DNA of 64,000 nt from Abditibacterium sp. (GTDB lineage: Bacteria; Armatimonadota; Abditibacteriia; Abditibacteriales; Abditibacteriaceae), in the NCBI GenBank assembly GCA_965246885.1, contig OZ251992.1:2112001-2176000 (forward strand), read 5' to 3'. Below, in pieces: positions 38,642 to 47,671 of this stretch (its first letter is position 1; each line of letters opens with the position of its first letter). A program made the translations under genes and the position numbers. The notes beneath the pieces are model-generated. The model ran no database searches. It saw only the letters and a program-made list of their open reading frames with translations, and had not been told where the DNA came from.

Positions 38642-39657
38642 GTCTCGCGTAGAAGCGCCTCGATTTCTTCCGGCGCCGCCTTGTCGCTCAGCCAGTCGCG
38701 CAGTTGCATCAACGCTTCTATGCGCTCGTGTTGAGTAGGGCGTTCCACCCTCGCCGATACACGCATCTCGGTCTGGCTCCATTGTCGCGCGGCGGTGCAA
38801 TGCCCCACGAAATCAACGTCCAACGACGGCTCGAAATACCGAAGCATCCAAGAACACAGCCGCTCAAATTCGAGGAAAAACGGTGTTCGGCCAGCAGGAT
38901 AACCCCGCTTCAAAGAGAGGCGACAAACCAAATAGACGTAAGCCATAAGCCAATTGTGGGACGTGTCGTTCCACCATGCCAAGCGGCTCTGGCCATACAA
39001 ATGAAGAACCCATCGCCACTCCTCGTAATTCCCGCGTGCCAATGGACGACAAAGGAGGTTGCGCTCCTCGTGCGGCAAATCGTCCCACTTCAGGGCGCGC
39101 GCTGGGTCGCTTTCGGGCTGACGGCGCATGAGAGATACGAAGTGAGCGAGCAAATCGAGCGGCGCCAAGAGCGCCAATTGGTGCGCCTCTTCGCGCGATG
39201 CCCACACGAAGGGACTGCCCATTCGCGGGAAGAACTGCTCATGTCGCCACTCGCCGCCGCCATCTTGAGACAGAAAAAGGCGCCGCTTGCCCTTCTCTGG
39301 AGGCGCTACTTCCAAGTTCTCATCTAAAAAGAAGATTCGGCCCCAACTATGGGCGCACTCGCTCGCCAGCTTCGTCGCGGCATCCGACATCGGCGACAGG
39401 AAACGCGGATCAAACGCTAAAGGCTTCGGCAGACGCGGACTGCGACGCGGCGGCGTCCACGCGCTCACAAAGTTGCCGCGCTCCGGCTCATCAGCCAGAC
39501 AGAAGAAGATGAGTTCACCCAGTTCGGCCTGAGTTTCCAAGCCCATGAATTGCCGCTCGCGCCCTTCCCATTGCGTGCGAAAGGTGAAAGGCTTCGTGTA
39601 AGAAGAAGCGCCCGGCGCCATCTCGTGCGGCGCTAAGATAAGTTGAGGTTCAGCCAT
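38638..39657 (-). CDS. Hypothetical protein (Trp-rich)
   Basis: 339-aa ORF overlapping both neighbours in an operon-like way. Confidence 0.7.
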   Translation of the reverse strand: MAEPQLILAPHEMAPGASSYTKPFTFRTQWEGRERQFMGLETQAELGELIFFCLADEPERGNFVSAWTPPRRSPRLPKPLAFDPRFLSPMSDAATKLASECAHSWGRIFFLDENLEVAPPEKGKRRLFLSQDGGGEWRHEQFFPRMGSPFVWASREEAHQLALLAPLDLLAHFVSLMRRQPESDPARALKWDDLPHEERNLLCRPLARGNYEEWRWVLHLYGQSRLAWWNDTSHNWLMAYVYLVCRLSLKRGYPAGRTPFFLEFERLCSWMLRYFEPSLDVDFVGHCTAARQWSQTEMRVSARVERPTQHERIEALMQLRDWLSDKAAPEEIEALLRET

Positions 39658-40318
39658 CGCGGGAGTAGAATGGGAATTGCTTGGCCGTCAGGTTTTGGAC
39701 GTGGCCGTCGGCGAAGAGGCCGTTGAGTAACTCTTGACCTGCGCTCAGGTGCCACAAGTCGCCGTCGAACATCAGGAGGGATTGGGACGGTTCTTCGAGG
39801 TCATCGGCGCGGTTTTGGGCGAAGCCGAACTTGGTGAACACGTAGTACGAGGTGCCGTACTTGCCGAACGACGACGGATGGACATTCTGGAACGCCGAGT
39901 CGTGGAGCGTGGGCAAGCGCGATTGAGTCCAGCCGGTATCGGCAGGGCAGTGGAAGGTTTCGGGCGAGTGGACGTAGGGGCGGAGCAGGACGTGCTGAAA
40001 GGGCGCGTGTTTGGCGAGGTCGAAGAACGCGCCGTTGTAGTTGCCCCAGCCATGACTGGCCCAGATTTGAGGGTTGTAGTGGTCTTCCGGGTCAACGCCG
40101 GGCGGGATTTTGCCGTCGTAGTCGCGCGCATAGAGGGCGTAGGCCCGCGAGATTTGGCTGAGGTTGTCCAAGCACGTCGCCGTTTCGCCGTCCACCCCGC
40201 CCGCGAGCGTGAGGCGCGGCGGCACGGGCCGCGTCAGCCACAACACGCACAAGAAGACACCGCACAGCAGCAGCGGCAACGCCCGCAGTAGCGGCGACTT
40301 GGGCGGCTCGTAACGCAT
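39650..40318 (-). CDS. DUF1559/H-X9-DG-like protein lacking the prepilin cleavage motif
   Basis: CLDNLSQI....LYARDYDG, FHCPAD, WH...NGLFADGHV; N-terminal TM without FTLIE. Confidence 0.8.
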   Translation of the reverse strand: MRYEPPKSPLLRALPLLLCGVFLCVLWLTRPVPPRLTLAGGVDGETATCLDNLSQISRAYALYARDYDGKIPPGVDPEDHYNPQIWASHGWGNYNGAFFDLAKHAPFQHVLLRPYVHSPETFHCPADTGWTQSRLPTLHDSAFQNVHPSSFGKYGTSYYVFTKFGFAQNRADDLEEPSQSLLMFDGDLWHLSAGQELLNGLFADGHVQNLTAKQFPFYSRDG

Positions 40319-40372
40319 GCTTTAAGTGTGAGCCGCGCCGAAGCGCCCGGTTCCCGCGAAGTGAAGAGACCC

Positions 40373-40942
40373 TTACTTCCAGCGATACATCACGTCGGTG
40401 CGCAGGACATACTTGCGACCAGCGAGGACGGTCGCGCCCTCGTGGAGTTGAGGATGCCAAAAGACGAGCGCTTGGCCGCGCACGGGCTTCACGCAGTGGA
40501 GGCAGTCGCCTTGGTCGTTGAAGAAGTTGGTGTGGCCACCTTCAAACCCGTCGTTGAGATACACCATAAAGGTGAACTGGCTTTGCTCGTCGCTCCCCTC
40601 GCGGTAAAAGGCGCCATCGGCGTGGGTGTGGAAGGTCTGCCCTGCTTCGTAACGGTAGAAGCGGAACCGCTCGTTGAGCGCGAGCACATCCCAGCCCAAC
40701 CACTCGGCGGTTAGAAAGGGCCGGGCGCGCTCGTAAAGCCGCGCGGCCAGTTCCTCATCATCCACGATGACGCGCGTGTTGTTGCGGATGTCTTGGCGCA
40801 TGACGAAGCCGCCGGGTGTGGTGAGTGGCGCGTCCGTGAAGCCGTCGGCCTCGGTTTGCCCGATGAACTCGTCGCACTCGGCGGGCGACAGGAAGTCGTG
40901 AATGAGAAAGAGTTTCTGACCGGCCAAGAGTTCTTTATGCAT
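40373..40942 (-). CDS. 2OG-Fe(II) oxygenase, prolyl-4-hydroxylase-like
   Basis: FLSPAEC, RFYRY, HAD, YLND..EGG.T.F, HEG, KYVLRTDVMY. Confidence 0.92.
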   Translation of the reverse strand: MHKELLAGQKLFLIHDFLSPAECDEFIGQTEADGFTDAPLTTPGGFVMRQDIRNNTRVIVDDEELAARLYERARPFLTAEWLGWDVLALNERFRFYRYEAGQTFHTHADGAFYREGSDEQSQFTFMVYLNDGFEGGHTNFFNDQGDCLHCVKPVRGQALVFWHPQLHEGATVLAGRKYVLRTDVMYRWK

Positions 40943-40956
40943 GTGCACAGTTTAGA

Positions 40957-42060
40957 TTAAAGCGCCGCCCGCAACCCCGCCGCGACTTCTTCGACTTCCT
41001 CTTCGCGCAATTCGGGGAAGATGGGAAGCGAGAGCACCTCTTCGCACGCGCGTTCGGCGACGGGCAGGAAGCCGGGTTTGTATCCCAAACGCGCGAAGAC
41101 GGGCTGCAAGTGGAGGGGGTGGGGGTAATAAATGGCGTGGCCGATGCCGCGCTCGGCGAGGGTTTGCATCACGCGCTCGCGGCCAACGGAAGCCGGGACG
41201 CGGAGGGTGTATTGGTGATAGACGTGGCACGCGCCGGGGGTTTCGACGGGCAGGGTAAAGGGGGTGCCTTCGAGCAGATGCGCGTAGTGGGCAGCATGAC
41301 GGCGGCGGGCTGCGTTCCACTCGCGGGCATGCGGGAGTTTGACCGTGAGGATAGTCGCTTGAAGCGTGTGCAAGCGCGAGTTGTAGCCGATTTCGTCGTA
41401 GAAGTAGCGGCGGGATTGGCCGTGAACGCGCAATTGGCGGCACTTTTCCGCTACGGCGGTGGAGTCGGTGGAGATGAGACCGCCCTCGCCGCACGCGCCG
41501 AGGTTCTTGGTCGGGAAAAACGAGAACGTGCCCGCATCGGCGAGCGACCCCGCCGCGCGTCCGTCCAAGGTGGCGCCCCACGCTTGCGCGCAATCCTCGA
41601 CGACGAACAAGTCGTGCTTGGCGGCGACCGCGCGCAACGCGTCCATATTACAGGGCAAGCCGAAGAGGTGGACGGGAATGAGGGCGCGCGTGCGCGGCGT
41701 GATGGCGGCTTCGACCGCGCGCGGGCAGATATTGAAAGTGTCGGGTTCAATGTCCACAAAAACCGGGACGGCGCCCAATTCGGCGACGACTTCGGCGGCG
41801 CTGTAAAACGAGAACGGCGTGGTTATCACTTCGTCGCCCGCTTGCAATCCCAAGGCGCGCAGCGATATTTGCAGGGCGTCCGTTCCGTTGGCGACCCCGA
41901 CGGTGTGGGCAACGCCCAACTCGCGCGCACACAATTCCTCGAATGCTTCGACGACCGGCCCCAACACATACCCGCCCGATTCGAGTTGCCTAAGCACGGC
42001 TGGCTCCAGTTCGGGTTTGAGGGTTTGGTATTGGCGGGTTAGGTCGAAAAGCGGAACCAT
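40957..42060 (-). CDS. DegT/DnrJ/EryC1/StrS PLP-dependent aminotransferase
   Basis: NGTDAL, PVHLFG, EDCAQA, SFFPTKNLG, GYNSRL, LSLPIFP. Start ATG 42060. Confidence 0.95.
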   Translation of the reverse strand: MVPLFDLTRQYQTLKPELEPAVLRQLESGGYVLGPVVEAFEELCARELGVAHTVGVANGTDALQISLRALGLQAGDEVITTPFSFYSAAEVVAELGAVPVFVDIEPDTFNICPRAVEAAITPRTRALIPVHLFGLPCNMDALRAVAAKHDLFVVEDCAQAWGATLDGRAAGSLADAGTFSFFPTKNLGACGEGGLISTDSTAVAEKCRQLRVHGQSRRYFYDEIGYNSRLHTLQATILTVKLPHAREWNAARRRHAAHYAHLLEGTPFTLPVETPGACHVYHQYTLRVPASVGRERVMQTLAERGIGHAIYYPHPLHLQPVFARLGYKPGFLPVAERACEEVLSLPIFPELREEEVEEVAAGLRAAL

Positions 42061-42110
42061 TGCGGGGAAGTTTAGAAAGCGCGCGAGGGCCAGAGTAACG
42101 ACGCTTCCCG

Positions 42111-42150
42111 AAAAACAAAAAGCGCGAATGAACGGGAAGTTCATTCGCGC
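42111..42150 (-). terminator. Terminator after the tRNA operon
   Basis: gcgcgaatgaac / gttcattcgcgc stem with U-tract on the minus strand. Confidence 0.85.
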
Positions 42151-42158
42151 CGCGAGAG

Positions 42159-42231
42159 TGCCTGGGGACGGAATCGAACCGCCGACACATGGATTTTCAG
42201 TCCATTGCTCTACCGACTGAGCTACCCAGGC
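42159..42231 (-). tRNA. tRNA-Phe (GAA)
   Basis: GCCTGGG acceptor, TGGAC-TGAAAA-TCCA anticodon arm, GGTTCGATT; no encoded CCA. Confidence 0.96.
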
Positions 42232-42271
42232 TTTTGAGCGCGGAAGTTGCAACTCTTCCGCACCTCTAAAG

Positions 42272-42345
42272 CGCACCCGACCGGATTCGAACCGGCGATC
42301 TCTTCCGTGACAGGGAAGCATGTTGGGCCTCTACACCACGGGTGC
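42272..42345 (-). tRNA. tRNA-Asp (GTC)
   Basis: GCACCCG/CGGGTGC acceptor, CTTCC-CTGTCAC-GGAAG, GGTTCGAAT, G discriminator. Confidence 0.96.
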
Positions 42346-42382
42346 AAATTATACTTCTACCGATTTCCCGCAGGGGAAACCT

Positions 42383-42455
42383 TGGGCAAGGAGGGACTCG
42401 AACCCCCGGTAGACACGGTGTAAACGTGTTGCTTTAGCCACTAAGCTACTCGCCC
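42383..42455 (-). tRNA. tRNA-Val (TAC)
   Basis: GGGCGAG/CTTGCCC acceptor, ACACG-TTTACAC-CGTGT, GGTTCGAGT. Confidence 0.94.
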
Positions 42456-42487
42456 TTGTGCGAGACGCCAGCGCGTCGGCCCGAAAC

Positions 42488-42516
42488 AATTTACAAGCAT
42501 CTCCGGCCCGCGTCAA
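42488..42516 (-). promoter_or_regulatory. Sigma70-type promoter of the Val-Asp-Phe tRNA operon
   Basis: TTGACG-17 bp-TAAATT on the minus strand. Confidence 0.75.
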
Positions 42517-42537
42517 GCGGAAATTTAAAAGCGCCCC

Positions 42538-42566
42538 TTGCAAAGGGGCCGATGGTCGGTTAAATT
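42538..42566 (+). promoter_or_regulatory. Sigma70-type promoter of tRNA-Val(GAC)
   Basis: TTGCAA-17 bp-TAAATT. Confidence 0.7.
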
Positions 42567-42581
42567 CTCTCTTCGCCTTTG

Positions 42582-42653
42582 GCGCGATTAGCTCAGTGGT
42601 AGAGCATCACCTTGACACGGTGGGGGTCAGAAGTTCGACTCTTCTATCGCGCA
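42582..42653 (+). tRNA. tRNA-Val (GAC)
   Basis: GCGCGAT/ATCGCGC acceptor, CACC-TTGACAC-GGTG, AGTTCGACT. Confidence 0.95.
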
Positions 42654-42662
42654 ACCCATCAC

Positions 42663-42701
42663 CGAACCCCGCGTTTCCCCGTGAAGCGCGGGGTTCGTTT
42701 T
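42663..42701 (+). terminator. Terminator between tRNA-Val and the convergent amylase gene
   Basis: cgaaccccgcg / cgcggggttcg stem followed by ttttt. Confidence 0.85.
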
Positions 42702-45465
42702 ACTTGCTGTTCTCCACCAAGACGCGATAACCCCAAGGTGCCAATTGTAGCGTGGGAGAGGCGTTCAGACGGATGCCCGCGCCGGTGAAGCCGTCGCGGT
42801 AGTTACCCGCGAGTGTATTGGCGCCCAACTTTACGGTTTGGGCGCTCTCGCTCAAGTTGACGGCGACGAAGACGCGGTTGGCGCCGCGCGTGCGGGTGAA
42901 GACGTAGATTTTGTCGTCGTGGTTGGAGGGGATACGGGCGAAGTCGCCCGCCGCGAGTGCGGGCTGGTTTCGATAAAGCGTGAGGAGGGAACGGTAAAAC
43001 GGGTAAACCGGCGACTTAGCGGCGGCGACGGCGTCCGGCGACGGATCAGTTTTGGCGAAGCCGAACTCTTGGCCGTTATACAAGAGCGGCTTGCCGGGGA
43101 GCGTGGCGCACAAAACCATGAGCGGCGCGACTTGCGGCATTCCGGGTTTGGCTTCGACGGCGGGGCCGTCGCCCCACCCCCAATCGGCGTGCGGGTGCCA
43201 GTCGTGGTTATCCAAGAAGCGCATGGGAATCGCGCCGTCGGGTAGGGCGCGCGCTTCGTCACGTAGCGCCTCATCTATGACAGTCGCGGGTTTGCGTCCG
43301 GCGCATACGTCCCACAGAATCGGCGGCAATTTCCAACTATATGTCATGTCGAACGCGGGGTGAACTTCGGCATTGTCGGCCTCGGCGAGCATGAAGATGG
43401 GCTTGACCGCGTCCAATTGCGGGCGAAGCCAGTTCCAGAACTCGACGGGCACGCGCCCGTTGCTGCCGGCCACGTCGCAGCGAAAGCCGTCCACGTCGCA
43501 GTCGCGCACCCACCCCACCATGTTGTCGCGCATCGTGTTCCAAAGCGGGCGGTTCCATTTGCCGCCCTGCCCATAATCCAACTGCGCGGTGTCGGCCCAT
43601 GTGTAAGCCTGCGCAATTTGGCCGTTGCCGTCGTGAACGTAGAATTCGGGATGGGCCTCGATCATCGGATTATCCCACGCCGTGTGGTTGGGCACGAAAT
43701 CCATAATGACACGCAATCCCAGCCCATGCGCCGTAGCGACGAGGTGTTTGAAATCGGCTTTGGTGCCCAGATAAGGGTTGATGGCGGTGTAATCGCTCAC
43801 CGCATACGGGCTTCCGAAGCCTTTCTTGTAGCCGCGCGGGGTAAGCGGCATGAACCACACGATGCCAACTCCCATCGCTTTCAAACCCGGCAAGTGCTTC
43901 TCATATTCGCGGAGCGCCTGTCCTTTGGGGAACTTGTAAAGGTCGAGATTGACTTCATAGATGGGTTGATTCGCGGCCCACGTCGGCCCCGCGACGGCGC
44001 GCGTAGTTAAGGGGCCGTTCATCTTTAGTGGGAGAGAAGCGTCAGTCAAGAGATAAGGTTGGAAACTACGGGCGGCTATTTGGAAGGGGCGGGCGTTGGG
44101 GTGGAGGCCATCGGCGCCGAACTGCTCGGTGCGCGGGCCGTCTCGCAGTTCAAACACGTAGGTTAGGTCTTCCTTGCGGTTCCAAGGGAGGTCGGCGCTA
44201 TAGTAGGCATACAGCCCCTCGCCCTTGACCAACTTCAGGGGGTATTTGGAATGAGAAGACCTGAGCGAAATGTCGCTCAGGTCGTTGGGGCGCGCTCGCA
44301 GGGAAAGGGTAACTCGCCCCCCATCGTAACTGATATCCCTCACGCCGTGCGGGTGGAACAGGGCGCTCGCCGCCGTGATGCCATCGTCGGGACTGGCGGG
44401 GATTTCGTAGCCGACGGGAGTCACTACAAGCAGAGAGTTCACGTTAACTTTGTCCGTCTCGTCGCGCGGCGCGTTCGGGTCGGGAACCCATTTTTCTTCG
44501 TTGTTCGGCCCGAACTGGGCGAACTTATACACGTAGCGGCCCGGCTCAAGCGGCAAACTCAAACGCCACGTCAGGCCGTCGGCATCGGCAACCATCGGGT
44601 TCGCGGTCTTGTTCCAGCCGTTGAAGCTGCCCACGAGAGCCACACCCTTCCACTTCTGGTCGGCCTTGAAGACGAACGGATGTCCGGCGCCATTCGCCAC
44701 AGCAGGCGCGGCGCCATCTGGGGCGGCGACGACGAGCAGGGAGTTATCGTGCGCCTTGTCCGTTTCATCGCGCGGCGCGTTCGGATCAGGAATCCACGTC
44801 TGCTCGTCCGGGGCGAAGGGCGCGAACTTGTAGTCATAACGCCCCTGCGCGAGTGGCACTTCCAAGCGCCACGTCAAGCCGTCCGCATCGGCGACCATCG
44901 AGTTGGCCGTCTTATTCCATCCGTTGAAACTGCCGACTAAAGCGACGGCCTTGAGCTTTTTGTCCGCCTTGTAAACGATGGATTGGGGCACGAGGGTGAG
45001 GAGGGAGTTGTCGTGCGCTTTGTCGGTTTCGTCGCGCGGGGCGGTAGGGTCGGGCACCCACGTTCCTTCTTCCGGGCCAAAGGGCGCGAACTTGTAATCG
45101 TAGCGCCCCGGCGCGAGCGGCAACGCGAGTCGCCAAGTGAGGCCATCGGCGTCGGCGGTCATCGGGTTGGCCGTCTTGTCCCACTTGTTGAAACTGCCCA
45201 CCAAACGCACGGACTTCAGCTTTTTGTCGGCTTTGAAGACGAACGGGTGGGAAACCATACCCTGCGTCGGGGACGTTCCCCACGCGGGCGCTTGTCCTTG
45301 GGCGGGCGTATCGGCGACGGTTTGGAAGTGGCCGCGTTGTCCCGGCGCGGTTTGCGCGAGGGCGGGCGCGGCGGCATCGGGAGAATGATTGCAACCGGTG
45401 GCTCCCAATACCGCCAGCGTGAGAAGCCATGTGCCGATGCGTATTTTGCAGGTGTGTGTGTTCAT
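42700..45465 (-). CDS. Probable lipoprotein GH13 alpha-amylase-family enzyme with three tandem CBM48-like domains
   Basis: Lipobox-like ATGC; three LVGSFN.W...M..DADGLTW.L...L..GRY.YKF...W.PDP repeats; DFVPNH, DGFRCDVA, LAEAD, FLDNHD catalytic regions. Confidence 0.93.
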   Translation of the reverse strand: MNTHTCKIRIGTWLLTLAVLGATGCNHSPDAAAPALAQTAPGQRGHFQTVADTPAQGQAPAWGTSPTQGMVSHPFVFKADKKLKSVRLVGSFNKWDKTANPMTADADGLTWRLALPLAPGRYDYKFAPFGPEEGTWVPDPTAPRDETDKAHDNSLLTLVPQSIVYKADKKLKAVALVGSFNGWNKTANSMVADADGLTWRLEVPLAQGRYDYKFAPFAPDEQTWIPDPNAPRDETDKAHDNSLLVVAAPDGAAPAVANGAGHPFVFKADQKWKGVALVGSFNGWNKTANPMVADADGLTWRLSLPLEPGRYVYKFAQFGPNNEEKWVPDPNAPRDETDKVNVNSLLVVTPVGYEIPASPDDGITAASALFHPHGVRDISYDGGRVTLSLRARPNDLSDISLRSSHSKYPLKLVKGEGLYAYYSADLPWNRKEDLTYVFELRDGPRTEQFGADGLHPNARPFQIAARSFQPYLLTDASLPLKMNGPLTTRAVAGPTWAANQPIYEVNLDLYKFPKGQALREYEKHLPGLKAMGVGIVWFMPLTPRGYKKGFGSPYAVSDYTAINPYLGTKADFKHLVATAHGLGLRVIMDFVPNHTAWDNPMIEAHPEFYVHDGNGQIAQAYTWADTAQLDYGQGGKWNRPLWNTMRDNMVGWVRDCDVDGFRCDVAGSNGRVPVEFWNWLRPQLDAVKPIFMLAEADNAEVHPAFDMTYSWKLPPILWDVCAGRKPATVIDEALRDEARALPDGAIPMRFLDNHDWHPHADWGWGDGPAVEAKPGMPQVAPLMVLCATLPGKPLLYNGQEFGFAKTDPSPDAVAAAKSPVYPFYRSLLTLYRNQPALAAGDFARIPSNHDDKIYVFTRTRGANRVFVAVNLSESAQTVKLGANTLAGNYRDGFTGAGIRLNASPTLQLAPWGYRVLVENSK

Positions 45466-45495
45466 GTGGAGTTTGAAGCTGTTTCCCTCAAGCGG

Positions 45496-45530
45496 AAGCG
45501 GAGCGCGAAAATCGTTTTCGCGCTCCGCTT
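45496..45530. terminator. Hairpin between the pilin-like and amylase genes (attenuator or mRNA stabiliser)
   Basis: aagcggagcgcgaaaa / ttttcgcgctccgctt perfect 16-bp stem; no long U-tract. Confidence 0.65.
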
Positions 45531-45564
45531 AGAGACCTTTTACATCTTGCCGGACGAAGTAGTG

Positions 45565-46329
45565 TTACTGCAACTTGGTCTGCTGAATTCCCAAATTGGT
45601 CTGCAGAACGGTGGGAACTGCATTGTTGGCCGGGTCAATTGTCCACTCATTGACGCCGCCAGCGATGGTGTTCAAGGGCTTGAGCGACTTGACATGACCA
45701 TCAGCGAAGAGGAAGTTGGTCGTTGTCAAGTGGTTTTGCAGGTCTGAGTCGGTGCCATCAAGGTTGGCGACTTTATACAAATCCGGGTTGCCAGAAACGC
45801 CCGCTTGATCAAGAACCAAAATCGTCTGTGACACGGAGACTATCTGAGATAGTGCTGCACCACCATGAGTTTGGTAGTCGCTACCAGCGGGGAAGGCAGC
45901 AGCGCGCTCCATTGGCCTTTGCCCACCAAAGCCGGAATCGCCAGTGACACCAGAGTAAGGGCCGCCGCCATTAGCCATGTAGGAAGCCGATGCCGCAGAA
46001 GCGTTGGTCACGGTGTTGGTCTTCGTATAAGACGGGCAGGTAAATAGCTGCCAGCTTTTGATGTAGGGCTGAACGGTGTAGTGCCAAGGGTAGGCGCCGT
46101 TGTCGTAGCACGCGAAGGGCAACCTCTCATCGTAGTCCTGCGCGTATTGCATGAGGCCCAAGCCGATCTGTTTGAGGTTAGACTGACAGGAAGCACGGCG
46201 GGCGTTCTCCCTCGCACGGGCGAAAGCGGGGAACAAGATAGCTGCCAAAATAGCGATGATGGCGATAACTACGAGCAATTCTATGAGGGTGAACGCAGGA
46301 CGGCTCTTGCCGCCATTGGTGTTTAACAT
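45565..46329 (-). CDS. Prepilin-type N-methylation / DUF1559 / H-X9-DG protein
   Basis: [53 protein letters not shown]. Confidence 0.93.
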   Translation of the reverse strand: MLNTNGGKSRPAFTLIELLVVIAIIAILAAILFPAFARARENARRASCQSNLKQIGLGLMQYAQDYDERLPFACYDNGAYPWHYTVQPYIKSWQLFTCPSYTKTNTVTNASAASASYMANGGGPYSGVTGDSGFGGQRPMERAAAFPAGSDYQTHGGAALSQIVSVSQTILVLDQAGVSGNPDLYKVANLDGTDSDLQNHLTTTNFLFADGHVKSLKPLNTIAGGVNEWTIDPANNAVPTVLQTNLGIQQTKLQ

Positions 46330-46437
46330 GGTGTGGTCGCATGGTGAGCTACTTCATGCACTGGATTGGCTCGGTTAGGCGCCCCTTGCGGGGCGCAAAC
46401 TGCAAGTTGGTTCCCCAACAGACGCGCTTGACAAAAC

Positions 46438-47550
46438 TTAGTGCGTCAGGGAGAGTGCGGGCCACTTTTCGCGGCAGGATAAGCGCGGAATGAGGCGCAT
46501 GGGGACGGCGCGGTGTTGGGGTTGCGGCGGCAACTGGCCCAAGATGCGGCTGGACAGAAGGTCGGCGGCCTCGCGGCCCACTTCGTCCCAAGGCAGGTGG
46601 AGCGAAGTGATGTTGTGGCGGCGCGCGGCCTCGGAGTTGTCGAAAGCCACGATGGTGGGCCACTCGTCGCGCGGTCGTCCCGCTTCGCGCAGCGCCTCCA
46701 TCAGCCCCATCGCCACTGCGTCGTTGACAGCCACCACGCCCCGGACATCGCCGCGCAACAACATCCGGTGCCCCGCGTTTTTGCCGATTCGGGTGGCGCC
46801 TTGGGTGTCGTCCTCCTCTTCTTGCGGCCCGAAAGCCAAGCCGTGAAAGGGAAGCCCCCCCTCGTGCAACGCGCGGCGCCAGCCCGCCTCGCGTTCGATT
46901 GACCACTCTTTGGCGCTCTGTTCTCCGGTCGAAGCGTGAACGCCCAAAAACGCGATGCTTTTGCAGCCGCGCTCGATCAGGTGTCGCGTCGCCCGAAAAC
47001 CGCCGTCTTCGTTGTCGAACGACACTAAGTCGGCGCGCTCTCCATCACGCCAGTGGCTTCCGATGCGGGCGAAGGGCACGTCCGCCGCGAAATTGGCGCG
47101 CGGTGAAACGGCGTCGAGCCGCTCCTCGCGCACCATCAGGAACACCCCGCCGACCGGTAACTCGCGCCACGCAGGGGAAACCTCCGACATTTCGAGCGAC
47201 ACCGCGCTGCCTTGGCGGGCGGCGACGCGCGAATCGAAGCCGATTTGGATCTCGGCGCGGTAGGGGTGCGGCGAAACGTCATCGGTCAAGAACACATGGG
47301 AGGGCGCGGCGCCGTTGCCGCCGAAGGTGCCCGCGAACGAGCCGACTTTGGGAACAGCGCGGAACAACCCCTCGCCTTCGACGGCCTGCAACGCTTGGTG
47401 AGCGATGTAGCGCGAAACTTGGTGGGTTTGCGCGATCTCGCTCACGGACGGAAGCATGGCCCCTTGCACCAAGGCGCCGTTAGAAATGAGGGCGCGAAGC
47501 GACTGCTCCACTCCCCGTTGCTGCTCTCGTGTTTCTCGACGGCTGGCCAT
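46438..47550 (-). CDS. GntR-HTH + LacI-type sensor transcriptional regulator
   Basis: GAMLPSVSEIA..HQVSR, VSFDNEDGG..AT.HL, AVNDAVA, IVAFDN, LIPRLS. Start ATG 47550. Confidence 0.9.
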   Translation of the reverse strand: MASRRETREQQRGVEQSLRALISNGALVQGAMLPSVSEIAQTHQVSRYIAHQALQAVEGEGLFRAVPKVGSFAGTFGGNGAAPSHVFLTDDVSPHPYRAEIQIGFDSRVAARQGSAVSLEMSEVSPAWRELPVGGVFLMVREERLDAVSPRANFAADVPFARIGSHWRDGERADLVSFDNEDGGFRATRHLIERGCKSIAFLGVHASTGEQSAKEWSIEREAGWRRALHEGGLPFHGLAFGPQEEEDDTQGATRIGKNAGHRMLLRGDVRGVVAVNDAVAMGLMEALREAGRPRDEWPTIVAFDNSEAARRHNITSLHLPWDEVGREAADLLSSRILGQLPPQPQHRAVPMRLIPRLSCREKWPALSLTH

Positions 47551-47671
47551 GACATATCCAATATACCCAATTTCAGATAGTTTCAAACACTTTTTGCAAA
47601 AATTTTTTCTGGCGTCCGCTTTCGTCCCGAAAACCGGGCCTCTTCGCGCTCCGCCGAGCCAAACTAAGCGG

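Noticed and set aside
42061..42321. N-terminal extension of the DegT ORF
   Set aside because: Runs through tRNA-Asp, tRNA-Phe and their terminator; real start is 42060.
42159..42653. tRNA genes lacking encoded CCA as pseudogenes
   Set aside because: All four fold normally and have promoters and terminators; CCA is added enzymatically in many bacteria.
42582..47550. Genomic island integrated at tRNA-Val(GAC)
   Set aside because: No integrase, and I found no duplicated tRNA 3' end in the window.
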